A stretch of 64,000 nt of DNA from Selaginella moellendorffii (GCF_000143415.4 NW_003314395.1:186768-250767); one strand, 5' to 3'; shown: positions 11,553 through 23,076, numbered from the stretch's first letter. Translations and numbers: made by a program. Notes: generated from the sequence alone by a model not told the origin.

Positions 11553-12083
11553 ATGGCAGAAGGGGCAACGGTTGCTAATTCTAATGAGGCTAACGGGAAA
11601 GAATCATTGAAGCTGGCCAAATTGCTGATTACACCTTTCACTTTTGTGGCTTCCACATGTCTCCAGTCGGGAATCTCCCTCATCGACCACAGTGCAACGC
11701 CCGCGCAGAAGGGGCGTTGTTTCCACCTCTTTATGGCTGCAACCATCTCCGTATTTGGAATGGCAGGGTGTATGATAGCAATTGTTGATAACAAGGAAAG
11801 AAATGCTCAGGAGCTCGACAATCTCATGTCCTCTCTTTCGATGATCTTGTTTGTGAGCTTGTCTACGATGCTGGTGCCACTCCTCTTCAGCCTCCTGTAT
11901 GTTGTCTATGACATCAGCGCAACGAAGGCATCGTGGTCAATAATGGGTGCGTCTTTAGTTTTAATCGTTGGTTACTACGTGAAAAAGCTGTTCCAAGGGA
12001 TGAGGATTCCTCTGAGAGCCACTCCTGTCATTTTATTTATCAGCTTTGCTGCTAATACGTATGGGTACACTTTATATAGATAA
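11553..12083 (+). CDS. Orphan multi-pass membrane protein (copy 5, intact)
   Basis: ORF from ATG 11553, MAEGATVANSNEANGKESLKLAKLL...YGYTLYR*. Confidence 0.65.
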   Translation: MAEGATVANSNEANGKESLKLAKLLITPFTFVASTCLQSGISLIDHSATPAQKGRCFHLFMAATISVFGMAGCMIAIVDNKERNAQELDNLMSSLSMILFVSLSTMLVPLLFSLLYVVYDISATKASWSIMGASLVLIVGYYVKKLFQGMRIPLRATPVILFISFAANTYGYTLYR

Positions 12084-12415
12084 AAGAGGAGCCATTGGCA
12101 CCTGTGCTTTATATAAAAATATTTTAAAACGTATATTTTAATTTTTGTGACTGTTGCATTCGCACTTCAGTAGTTTTTAAGTTGTTTTAAGCTTTAAGTA
12201 TGCATTTTAAAACATTTTCATTCCCACCTGCATAAGTTTTTGTAGTAAAACTTTAACGTAAAACACTAGTGACTTTGCACTTGACTTACTTTAAAATGTC
12301 TTCAAAATAGCATTCGAACATGTTTTAAAATATTTTAAAATTTCAAATTCGAAATGCTAACCCTAAATTTCAATTTCAAATTTCAAATTTCAAATATTAA
12401 ACTTGAACATAGCAA

Positions 12416-13917
12416 TCACGCAGTTCTACGACGCCGCAAACATAGGAAGTCTGTTAAGTTCTCTTGGACCTTTTGTGCATCCTCCGGCCCACGCAAGTCT
12501 TGCTGTGGTTCTCTCTCAGCCACAATAGAATCCCCGTAATCTTCGAAAATCTCTGCTTCTTTCAAGGCTTGAATGTGTTTCTCCCATGCTTTGATCTCGG
12601 CATTGATGTTTGTCTCACCAACATCAATCAATAAGTTGTGCAAGATGCAACAACTTTTGATGATGTTCGGCAGGTACTTCGGCTTGATCCTTTTTTTTTT
12701 ATCCAAGCATTTGAATTTCATTTTCAAGAGTCCAAATGCTTGTTCAATAACAATCCGGGCCAGATGGTGTTGCTGGTTGTACTCCGCCTCAGTCACCATC
12801 AACCAGGAACTTGTTTCAAATGAATAATTGAGAAAAAAAAAAAAAACAAACAGCTTATCTAAGTGAGGGATCATCAAGTGCTGTTGTAGCTGATAGCCTT
12901 TGTCTCCCACTAGGTATGGCTCAATCCACTCATCAAAAGCAAACTCCTGAGGAACTGTGAGTAATTCCCTCGCTTGAATCTTGTGGCATAGCCTGGAGTT
13001 TTGAAAAACCCTCATGTCATGAACACTCCTTGGGAAAAAAAAACCAATTAGATGTATAGAAGAAAAAAATTAAAAGTAATTACCTGGCCAACTTGCATAG
13101 ATACTCAAGAACCTTTTCTGAGCATCACAAGATCACCGAGTACCGTTGCTTTCGATCAAAGTAGCCCTCACCATTCGGGCCAACTGGTGGAATAATCTTG
13201 AAATGTGTACAGTCAATCGCCCCAGCCACATTAGGGAGACGGGTCTTGGTGATTTGCTGAAAATCTGCCGCCACAGCTCTAACCTCCGCTGCTGTCTTTG
13301 GGAATCGAATCTTGTACCTGAGGCACTTGACGATTGCAGCAGTTGTCTGCACCACAATGTCATGTGCAGTGGCTTCCCCGATCCCAAACTTGTTAGACAG
13401 GTCGGAGTAGTCGGTGTTCTTGAACAACTTGTACAAGGTGACCCCCAAACGAACATCCACTGGCACCGCTCTTCTAAACTTTGTATCCTGCTTGCAGATT
13501 TCAGCCTCTAGAGTGTCACAAAGCCCGAAGAATGTCTTCTTCTCCATCCTCAGCTTCCGCTTCCATCGACCAGGGTCATACAACTCCATGAAGAACTTGC
13601 TCCATGTTGTCATACACCGCGGCTTCACCCACTAGAGACCGGTGTCAAGTCGCTTGGACAAGACTGCTTGAAGCTTGTCTTCGTCCTCCTCCTCGTCCGG
13701 AAGAGTTTGTGCCACTGGGGTCTTGTCATCGATAATGGATTGAAAAGCCTCCATAGTGAGAAACAAAACTTGCAAAATAAGCAAGATTACCTTGTTCCTC
13801 AATAAGGCATCGATGACTGCTGCTTGATTGTTGAAAGAGCCATGTTCCTCCTAAGCATCTCTTTTGTTTTCCCCGGAAGCATCTTCTGTTTCCTCAGGTT
13901 GAACTGTTGCAAGATCC
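12416..13917 (-). pseudogene. Harbinger DDE transposase (HARBI1-like)
   Basis: Motifs GAIDCTH, GSVHDMRVF, YLVGDKGY, RIVIEQAFGLLKMKF and CCILHN. In-frame TAG in GL*WVKPR (~13633) and another near 13851. 5' limit uncertain. Confidence 0.85.
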
Positions 13918-14021
13918 TGAAAAAAAAAATGGTTAGAAAAAATCTAAAATATCATAGCCTAAACATAGTTTAGTTTAATATTAATAATTAACGTCCCCCT
14001 AAAATCCCGAAAACAATACGG

Positions 14022-14894
14022 CTAACTCCTGGATGTAGCCCCGTTCAAGAAGTTGAAGATGGAGCTTGCAAGGTTGGAGATGGCTCCAGCTAAAACTGTT
14101 GCAGTTGCAGCCTTTTCCTTCTCAGCCAGGCTATTCTCCTTCATGCAAACAATGCTCTCTTTTTGCCACGCTAGATTCTGCTCATTTCGAGCAGCAGCAA
14201 GAGCATTCCCCTCAGCGAGCAAAGTTGTCATTCTTTTCTCGGCCTTCTTCGGGTTCTTCCGCTTTCCTGAACTCCCTGGCACCTGTGTAGCATCTCCAGG
14301 AGGATCAACACCATCTGCGGGATCCTCCTCGTAAGCTTCCTCTTCCGGAGCATCTGAATCAGCAAGAAATGTTGGAGATGTTGATGCTTGCTTTGCTAGG
14401 AATTCATCCATGATGTTGAAGTACTCGACTGGGAACACCTTCAAGTTCAACTTCACCAGCATAAGTCGCTTCGCATCCTCATTAAAGTAGTCGGGGTTCC
14501 CAGTTTTCCTCTGGAAATTGTAAACGCACTTGTAGTTGTTGCAAAGGTTGTTCCAGCGAGTCTGGCAAACCTTCCAGTCTCGCTGCATGCCAGCAGCCTG
14601 CATCTTCTTCGCAATCCTCTTCCAGCGATTAGTTGCTGTCAACGTCATCTCCTCGCTGCCCCGCATTGCCCCGATCTTTCCAAGATGATCTTCCCGTTTG
14701 AAGTCAATGAGGGAAGCCGTCTCATCATCCCCCCAGTTTTTCCTGCGTTTCTTCCTCACTTTCTTCACGACATGAACACCTGCCTCCCCTTCCTCGTCGT
14801 CATCGCCTTCCTCTTCATCACCCCGATCATCTTCTTCCACCTCCTGTTCAACGGCAACATCCTGCTCCTCCAAGTTATGAAACCAGAACTGCAT
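14022..14894 (-). CDS. Harbinger Myb/SANT (trihelix-like) DNA-binding protein, main exon
   Basis: Motifs NWGDDETASLI...RWKRIAKKM...RDWKVCQTRWNNL. A probable upstream exon lies at ~14990-15457. Confidence 0.85.
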   Translation of the reverse strand: MQFWFHNLEEQDVAVEQEVEEDDRGDEEEGDDDEEGEAGVHVVKKVRKKRRKNWGDDETASLIDFKREDHLGKIGAMRGSEEMTLTATNRWKRIAKKMQAAGMQRDWKVCQTRWNNLCNNYKCVYNFQRKTGNPDYFNEDAKRLMLVKLNLKVFPVEYFNIMDEFLAKQASTSPTFLADSDAPEEEAYEEDPADGVDPPGDATQVPGSSGKRKNPKKAEKRMTTLLAEGNALAAARNEQNLAWQKESIVCMKENSLAEKEKAATATVLAGAISNLASSIFNFLNGATSRS

Positions 14895-16018
14895 ATACTG
14901 CTGTCCTAGTGACTCAGGTCACTTACTTCGCCACCCTAAACCCGAAACCACTCTCCTAGAATCTGAGCTAAACTTGGTTTGAAGCTTACCTCGTTGGTTG
15001 TCGTAGAAGAGAATTCAGAGAACAATTGAGTTCTAGAAGCCGTGGGGGGAGAGGCTCCAACTCCCTGTGCTACAGCTCCTCGTGCTCCAACTCCCCGTGC
15101 TATAGCTCCCTGCGCTCCAGCTCCAACTCCGCCCTGATTGAGGCCAAAATTCGAGAGATCGGCATCTCCATGGCCTCGGCCCTGAGGCAGCCTGCCTCCT
15201 CGAGCAACAGCTGGGCCTGGTGCTCGTCCTCCAGCCCCAAATGCTCCTCCACCACGATTGCTCCTCACTCCACGAGCAGCACCTCCTCGCTGGATGCCAC
15301 TGCCCCAAACCCGCACCATCTCGTCAAACCCTACAGTTCCTCCTTCCCCAAAATCAGCTCCTCCTCCTTCCTCCACTGAATCCCCAACAGGATCTAACCC
15401 TAGGGCGATGATGTCGGCTCCCCCGCCATAAAATGCCTGAGCGCTCACGCAGCTCATGGCAAAAATCTGAAATGCCCTAATCAGGGTGCTGGAATCTTTG
15501 GGGAATTTTGGAGATTCCTTTTAAAAATATTTTTAAGTCTAAAAGAACCCTCCCCCCATCTTTTAAAATTGGTCTGAATGTTTTAAAAAGTGAAAACATT
15601 GTGTTAAAGTTAACACTATGTGCGAATCAAAATGTTTTAAGAAAATATCCTAAATTTTAATGTAAAGTAATTTACTTTATTTTAAAACATAGTGCAAATG
15701 TATTCATCACTTAAATTTAGCACATTTCAAGAATAAAGAGCAGGTGCAAATGGCTCCAGACTTAGTTTTTTAATGTGATAGATTTACAATTTCCTTTGTT
15801 ACAGAGATTGTTTTTGTTTTTTTGCTCGTTTCTCTAGCAGTGCTGTGGCTCCTTCAAACCTTATGGTGCCTCCGACAATGGCGAAAAGAGCTTAAGAGGG
15901 GGCTGCCAATGTCTTCATTGACCGCATGGATAAGAAAATGGAGGACGATGATGTCGCTAATGCTCATCCATTTCTTAGATACATAGAAAAATAGTGGCAT
16001 GAATCTTGGGAGATTTTG

Positions 16019-17534
16019 ATGAGGGGGTTTAAAGGTTTTAGCAGCTGCTCGTGGGCAATGCAGCAACACCAGGAGTGGGCGGGGCTCCAGTCGTGGAGGT
16101 CCCCGGCGGCGCCACCCAATGAGCGGCGCCGCTGGGGGGATGCCGGCCCTGAGATGGTGGCGACTCCCTTAGATCACGCTGGTTCTTTCTCTCCTCCCCC
16201 TCGCAGCCTCGCGGAATGGGGCGCCTTGATCCTCGCCACCCCTCGTCCACTCTCCAAATCCCACTTGACGCACCACGCTTACAAGCTTTGGTGCAGTGGT
16301 GCTCTTCCGATTGGTGTAGCGGTCGCCATGGATTCTCCCGCAAGGCCAGAGAAGCCTCAGCTGGTAAGATTCTTCTTCTTTTCTCTCGAAGTTCTAGACA
16401 TTCGTTTGTTCTTGCTGTGCCTATAGGTGCATCCAAGGAGAGTTCCAACAGCCAAAGTTCTGGGGATATCTCCCAGCGTTCATATGATCCATAACTTGGC
16501 ACACATCGAGCTCAACGCCGTGGATCTTGCATGGGACACTGTGGTGCGCTTCTCGGCGTCGGGTGGCGAGCTCGATTCGCAGTTTTTCGCGGATTTTGCT
16601 CACGTTGCGGACGACGAGAGCCGGCATTTCTGCTGGTGCGAGCAGCGATTGAACGAGCTTGGTTCCAGGTATTTAGAAACTTGTAGTTTTCTCTTCATTT
16701 ATCGTTTCTTTATCATAGTTATGGAGATGTTCCAGCGCACAATTTGCTCTGGAAGGATTGCCAGAAAACTTCTGGAAGCGTGGATGCTCGTCTCGCAGTT
16801 ATTCCAATGGTCCAGGTGCCTATATGTTTTTTTTGTTTTTTTCTGTTCTTTAGTTCTCCAACTTTTCTATTCGAGTTTCTCTATTGTTTCAGGAAGCTCG
16901 GGGTTTGGACGCTGGGCCGAGGCTGGTGGAAAGACTGAAGCAGCTCGGTGATGATAGAAGTGCCAATATTGTGGAACAAATCTCCCAGGAAGAGCTTGCG
17001 CATGTCGCTGTTGGTGTCTCGTGGTTCCTGGATGTCTGCAGGAGACTAGAGTGCGATCCAGCGGCGAGGTTTAAAGGTGGATAAACTAGTACAGATCTTT
17101 TCTTCGATTTCGTATCTGATCTCTTCCTTGTTTTCCTTGTTACGATCGATCAGAATTAATGACGAGCTTGAACGTGGAGCTGAGAGGTCCATTCAACCAC
17201 AAAGCGAGAGAGGCAGCTGGACTTCCTCAATCTTGGTACTTTTCATCTCATACTTCCTCGAAAATCTCTTTAACGATCGATCAATCCGCAGGTATGACAC
17301 CGCTATGGATACAAAACTGGAGCAAAAACATCTGTCACCTCAGGTACGCTCTCGCCAAACTCGCTCTAAAAGCTTCGTACTTTGCTTTTACACAGGCCGG
17401 GACCATCTCTTCCTGCCTTCCCGAGGCAAGTTCTTCTCGGTCCGTGATCTCGTCCGTCTCACATTTTTGTGTTCTTCCAGGTTTGCTCGAGATTGGCAAT
17501 TGTTGTGTCTTCCGAGAGCGACAATCTCCGCTAG
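16019..17534 (+). CDS. DUF455 ferritin-like (di-iron) family protein, ~7 exons
   Basis: Motifs HNLAHIELNAVDLAWD, DESRHF, EARGLDAG, EELAHVAVGVSWF and RGPFNHKAREAAG, joined by GT-AG introns. Confidence 0.88.
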
Positions 17535-17915
17535 AAAAGCTCGTTTTAAGATCCGATCAGATCCAATCCAGCCCAGGTAACTAAAGATCTTTTGCTCAAA
17601 CTTTACTTGAGTTTTCTTTGGTTTGAAGTCTCGATCTGGCGGTGGATTCGCAGAGCCCTCAAAAATCCCGCGCTGCCGCTGCTGCCGCCGCTAGAAGAAA
17701 ATTTTACACCAACTTCATAAGGGAACGCGGCTACCTTATCTACCGTGCGAATATCCCACTGCATATTCAGCCATTTAAAGCATCTTTCCAGGACGAACAA
17801 CAAACTCCGAGAGGGAAAGACAAGAGAGAGAAGAGCTCCACACTCAAGGTCTCATTTTTTCTCTTGAGTCTTTCGATTTTCTCTCGAGCAAACGCGGCAA
17901 GCAGGAAGAGATCTC

Positions 17916-19597
17916 ATGGGTCTACAGGGAGAAGTAAGATTGAGCGATCTCAAAGTGAAAGTCCACAAGATCTCGACGGTGGTTCCAGCTGGAGAGACCG
18001 AGCAATGCACGCTCTTCATGTCCAACATCGACCAGGTACTGGCTTACTACGTCGAGACGGTCTACTTCTACGACAAGGGGGGTGACGCCGCGGTGGAACT
18101 TCTCCAGGAGGCGCTTGGGAGAGTTCTTGTCCCCTACCATTTCCTGGCTGGGAGATTCAAGCTCAATCCCAAGCTGGGGAGGATGGAGCTGGAATGCAAC
18201 CGCGAAGGAGTCTCCTTTGCTGCCGCGAGCTGCGAGCTGCGAGTCTCGGATCTGGGCGATATCAGTGTTCCAAATCCGCTCTTCCGCAATCTCGTTCTCC
18301 TTCCGGACGAAGGCAAGGCTCTCAACGATGCTCCTCTCATCACAATCCAGGTTCGTTCCTTGTTTTTCTAGCGTTTGTTCTTGGTTCTTCCTTGGATAGA
18401 GCTTGGTTTCTTTGGGTGTTGAAATGCAGTTAATGCATGATGATCGTTTGGTTGCTGGCTTTACACTTTTTTATGCGGTGGTTTTCTGTTCTTGCCAGGC
18501 ATCTCTTTTGCATTGCAGGACCGCATTTAATATCAGCGTGCTTGGATTCTTTACTCGTGAATTTTCTAGTCGTGACTCTTGATCTTTCCTTCGCGTTTTT
18601 ACGTGAATTCTTGGACTTTGCGTCAGTGCTTGACCGATCTCGACTAAAAAATCCATTTTTTTTTCTTTCCACACTCCAGGTGACCAAGTTTTCGTGCGGT
18701 GGCTTCGCAATGGGCGTTTACATGAGCCACGCATCGCTCGATGGCATCGGCGCGCTCGAGTTCTTCATGAACTACTGCTCGGTTGCCCGCGGCGATGGCA
18801 TGCAAGTCATCCCAAAGCCGGACCGGACGATGCTCGCCGCTCGCTCGCCACCGCAAGTAACTTTCGACCACACCGAGTACGTGAAGCTCAGCGATCTCAT
18901 GGCCGCCGCCGCCGCCGCCAAGGCCACCGCCTTCACCACCCCGGACTCCGCCAACGCCACCACCCGTGCCCCACAAAAGCACGTCTACAAGAGCTTCTCC
19001 TTCACTCCCGACCGGATCGCCCAGCTCAAGAAGGCCGTCGTCGATGAATCCACCGCGACGATCGACAAGTGTTCTTCGTTCGAGGTGATCGTCGCCCATC
19101 TCTGGCAGGCGAGAACTCGGGCCGTGGAGATGGATCCCGACTCGCCCTCCAAGCTCTTCTTCGCAGTGGACATTCGCAACAAGGTAGATCCTCCGCTGCC
19201 AAAGGGATTCGCTGGGAATGGCGTCCTCTCGGCGCCTTGCGTGAAAACTCTCGCGCGGGACGTCCGCGAGAACTCGCTGGGCTACTGCGTACGGAAGGTC
19301 CAGGAGGCCATCGCCTCGGTGACCGACGAGTACGTACGGTCGTCCATCGACCACGGGGAGCTCTATCGCGGCGTGCCGGCGCTCCACGGTGGGATATTCA
19401 TCTCCCCGTGGTGGAAGATCCCCTTCCAGGAGCTCGACTTTGGGTGGGGGCGGCCGCTCTACGCGGGGCCCGTGGTAAACGACCGGGTAGAATTTGTTTT
19501 ACTGCTCCACAATGGTAAACAGGATGGCGGGCTCAATGCGTACCTGGCGCTGGAGCCGGCGGAGATGGACAAGTTTGAGAAGCTCCTCCAAGTTTAG
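17916..19597 (+). CDS. BAHD acyltransferase (omega-hydroxypalmitate O-feruloyltransferase-like)
   Basis: Exon 1 17916-18350 and exon 2 18680-19597, with the conserved Q|V intron. HASLDG (HxxxD) and DFGWG motifs. Confidence 0.93.
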
Positions 19598-19755
19598 CGA
19601 GGAAAGCATCTGGGCCGTTGGATTGTTTGCCTTCAAATTAAAAGGAAAATAGGAAAATGGTTTTTTATCGGACGGTGGACGGCTTCTCCGATGTGAAGCC
19701 CATCCCGACCGTCGGATTTGTTTCTTAAACCTCTCTTTGTTTCAAGCTTTTGGCT

Positions 19756-20694
19756 ATGGCGTCCCCATCGTCGCTGTGCGCCGATCTCCGTGGCGCTCGA
19801 GCGGCGCCCGCATTGCCGTCGCAAATTTCTTCCTCCTCCTCCTCGGCCGTGGCGTTTCCTCTGCGCGCGCGGATCGGTGGATCGCTGAGCGTTTCTTCGT
19901 CGTCGATCGGACGCAGGGATCTTGGGATTGGCAAATGTAGCAGCGCAGGAGAGGCGGCGAATGTGGACGTCGAGCAAGTGCCGATCGAGAAGAGTGAGTG
20001 GATTTTCCCTCTCGATTTTCGATATTTTCCTTTGCATGTCCTTGATTTCATGCTCTTTGGATCAGGGTTTGAAGAATTTCCTTCTGTGCTAGACATCAAC
20101 AAGATCCGGGACATTCTTCCTCACAGGTACAGTGTTTATACTGTCCTTGGTATTTGTATCTCTCTTGTTTGGCTCTTGTTTTTTCATTTGATCTCTCTTG
20201 TTTTGCTCGTAGATATCCATTTTTGCTAGTAGACAGAGTGATCGAGTATCAACCCGGTGTCACGGCAGTAGGGATTAAAAACGTGACGATCAATGACAAT
20301 TTCTTCCCCGGCCACTTTCCGGAGAGACCGATCATGCCTGGAGTTCTCATGGTTGAGGTAGAAAACGATGAGACAGAGAATTTTCTTGCGTAGTTCTCAT
20401 GCTTTTGAAATTTCTGTCCAGGCAATGGCTCAAGTTGGTGGGCTCGTGATGCTCAAGCCCGAAGCTGGCGGCTCCAAGGAGATTTTTTTCTTTGCGGGCG
20501 TGGACAAGGTCCGGTTCCGCAAGCCAGTGATCGCCGGTGACACTCTGGTGATGAGGATGAACCTCGTCAAGTTCCAGAAGCGATTTGGCATCGTCAAGAT
20601 GGAAGGCAAGGCGTACGTTGGCAAGAATGTGGTTTGCGAGGGGGAATTCACCTTGGCAATGGCATCATCAGACGATGAAGCAACCAGCAACTGA
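19756..20694 (+). CDS. fabZ: Plastid 3-hydroxyacyl-ACP dehydratase
   Basis: Ser-rich transit peptide. Motifs ILPHR|[28 protein letters not shown]|AMAQVGG and [11 protein letters not shown]; three introns. Confidence 0.95.
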
Positions 20695-21504
20695 GCTTTG
20701 GGCTTTTTTTGAGCTCATAATCAAGTTTTACACGATATTATTCTCGTTTGATAAAGATGGTCAAGCTATTGTCTGTTAGCTCCATCAATCTTATGCTCGG
20801 TCTCATGCTTTTAGTGTTCAAACCTTAAAAAATTTAAAACACCGCGGAAGCTTTGTCTAGTTCCAAATGTTCTTCCTTGTAATGTGGACTGATATTTCCC
20901 CATCAATGATAGTCCCAAATTGCGACTAATAACATGCAAGTTTCCAAGTAGATTCCAACACGTTCGCATGCCTTGTTTGAGTGATCCTCGCATTGCATTT
21001 CTTTCAACACTACTGGAGTTTTTTCTCAATAAAGAACTAGACTTGGTCTTGAGAATTTTAGGATGTGCTTGACCAGTAAATGCACGACAATGTCATACGT
21101 TGGCTTCTGCAATTCTCAAGCCAGATTATGTGGTCAAAGAATGTTTGCTACTCGTTTTGCTTGACTCTACGTTTATGCTTCCGCTTGATCACACATTATA
21201 ACACGTCTTTTTTCTTTGTTAAGTTTAGGAAACTAGCATACCAGGCTATCCTTTTTGGATGCAAGTCTCAATCGAAATAGACGTGATTTATATATACAAG
21301 ACAACAATTCTGCCATACGCGACCCCATGCTCGTCCTCGTCAGAATTGGACGGCCAGACCTTCTATAAAGAAGAAGACGAGGCAAATCCAGCATAGCAAT
21401 CCAGAATCCCTTTAGCCAGTGCTCTCAGTGATCTACCACGAGCAATATTGCAAGTTTGGGTTAATACCGAATTCACAGCACTGCTACGTCGATCTATCCA
21501 TTCT

Positions 21505-23076
21505 ATGGTATCTATGGCCTATCCAAAGGACAAGATTGCCTTCTTGTATATCCACACAGAGAGTGGCGAGCTTGCCTTCATGTCACAGTCTGCATCGCAA
21601 TATGTCCCAGTTACCGGCACCCGGAGTGATTTCACGTTTTCTTCCATTGTTGCAAGCAGCAGTGCAGAAGATTTAGAGGAGGTCAAGAAAGGCACACGTT
21701 CCATTGCTCCGGAGATGAACAGGTACACCATTTCCATGATTGGAGCTGATTCCCGCACTTCCTGGGAAGGCACAGTCTATGAGAGATACATTGGCAATGG
21801 TTTCGAGGGTGTGGTTTTCACCCAGGATCCCAGCCAGGGTACTCTCCAGGAGGCTAGCGAGATGAGTTATCTGGCCTCTCTCCTGCTGGAAAACAGCGTC
21901 ATGACCAGGGATTGTCTCCTGGAGCCCTTCACTTCACACACACCTCAAGAGGTGGACGACATCACCTCCCAAGTTGTGGACATCATCGAGAAGAATTACA
22001 TCCACTTTCCAAACCACGACCAGTGGTTCACCAGTGGGGGCAAGCAGAGGTTTGCGGACAAGTTGAGTTACCACGTCGCAAGAAACATTCCGCTCGAGTT
22101 CATCTTGCCGGCTTTTCCAGTCAAGTCGTGTAATCCTGACAAGACACTGGGAATGTGCCCGGACAAAGCCGAGGAGCTGGCCATTTATTCCATGAAGATC
22201 GTGGCCGATCTCATCAAGGCAGTATACCCTCCAGGCGTGCACTACAACGTCGTCTCGGATGGCCATGTCTTCTCCGATCTCGTCGGCTCTGACGATGCTG
22301 CTGTGGAGTCTTATGGCGAGATGTTTTCGGAGATGGCACACAACTTGTATCCCGGCTTGGTCAGTTTCTTCCGCCTGGATGAGTTTCTGCTGGACAACCA
22401 CAGCGAGGACAGCATTACGAAGCTTATATCCAACACCACCGTGGAACATCCCGTTGCTACCGAGCTCACCGCCAATGCAGAGAATGCCAGGCGAGCTCTC
22501 ATGTGCTTGTTTGGATGTGACGAGTCAACTGTCACCAAGGAGATCAAGGATGACCCGGAGACTCGCAATCTTTATCGTGGCTTCTCCAGATTCATGCTCG
22601 AGGACTTGTACGAACACAAGAGCTGCAAGAACCTTCCGTCAAAGTCGGCCAAGAAGAAGCTGTGTAGCCAGGTTGCCTTCCTCATGATCCTTAGGAACCG
22701 TGCCTTCTCGGCCATGGTGGAGTGGCTCTTCCCGTTGCAGCTGCGCATCTCCATCCACCCACATCCAAACAGAGGCCCTAAGTATGGCATCAACATCATC
22801 CATTCTTCTCTAGTGGCAGCACAGCGATCCTCCGAGGAGAAGAACTTCCACATCCCAACCCCATGGCACAATGCGGTGGTGGAGCTGGCTGATGGCAAGT
22901 TCATGCTGCTGCATTCCAAAGTCATCCGAGGTTCAAGTGTGCATGCTGGAGAAATGGCATGTGAGCAACTCCAGTTGAGTCAACAGTTGCTTCTCAAGCG
23001 TGAAGGCTATAGAATGATGCTGATGAGATATCCAGATGGTAGACCCAGCCACTACAAGCAAGTCTGCGTCTGCTAA
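21505..23076 (+). CDS. Dit1/PvcA-family isocyanide synthase (pyoverdine/dityrosine biosynthesis protein), intronless, ~523 aa
   Basis: Uninterrupted ORF with LPAFPVKSCN, PDKAEELA, YPPG, VSDGHVFSDLVG, LYRGFSRFMLEDL, RNRAFSAMVE, LRISIHPHPNRGPKYGI and HIPTPWHNAVV. First ATG at 21505 (next at 21514). Confidence 0.92.
   Translation: MVSMAYPKDKIAFLYIHTESGELAFMSQSASQYVPVTGTRSDFTFSSIVASSSAEDLEEVKKGTRSIAPEMNRYTISMIGADSRTSWEGTVYERYIGNGFEGVVFTQDPSQGTLQEASEMSYLASLLLENSVMTRDCLLEPFTSHTPQEVDDITSQVVDIIEKNYIHFPNHDQWFTSGGKQRFADKLSYHVARNIPLEFILPAFPVKSCNPDKTLGMCPDKAEELAIYSMKIVADLIKAVYPPGVHYNVVSDGHVFSDLVGSDDAAVESYGEMFSEMAHNLYPGLVSFFRLDEFLLDNHSEDSITKLISNTTVEHPVATELTANAENARRALMCLFGCDESTVTKEIKDDPETRNLYRGFSRFMLEDLYEHKSCKNLPSKSAKKKLCSQVAFLMILRNRAFSAMVEWLFPLQLRISIHPHPNRGPKYGINIIHSSLVAAQRSSEEKNFHIPTPWHNAVVELADGKFMLLHSKVIRGSSVHAGEMACEQLQLSQQLLLKREGYRMMLMRYPDGRPSHYKQVCVC

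Larger units (their letters stand above)
12088..15757 (-). mobile_element. PIF/Harbinger DNA transposon, full length, probably inactive
   Basis: 25-bp TIRs GGAGCCATTGGCACCTGTGCTTTAT and GGAGCCATTTGCACCTGCTCTTTAT (3 mismatches). 3-bp TSD AGA, confirmed by the empty paralogous site TAAAAGACTT at 5275-5284. Encodes a DDE transposase and a Myb/SANT protein. Confidence 0.93.
1774..16825. repeat. Tandem segmental duplication: block A ~1774-6345 vs block B ~8160-16825 (B includes the Harbinger insertion)
   Basis: Same order and orientation in both blocks: TM(-), kinase(-), dirigent(-), TM(+), DUF455(+). Long near-identical stretches. Confidence 0.9.

Noticed and set aside
21448-23076. ICS gene as simple fungal/bacterial contamination
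   Set aside because: It is contiguous with plant genes on both sides in this sequence. Contamination would need a double mis-join, although read-level confirmation is still required.
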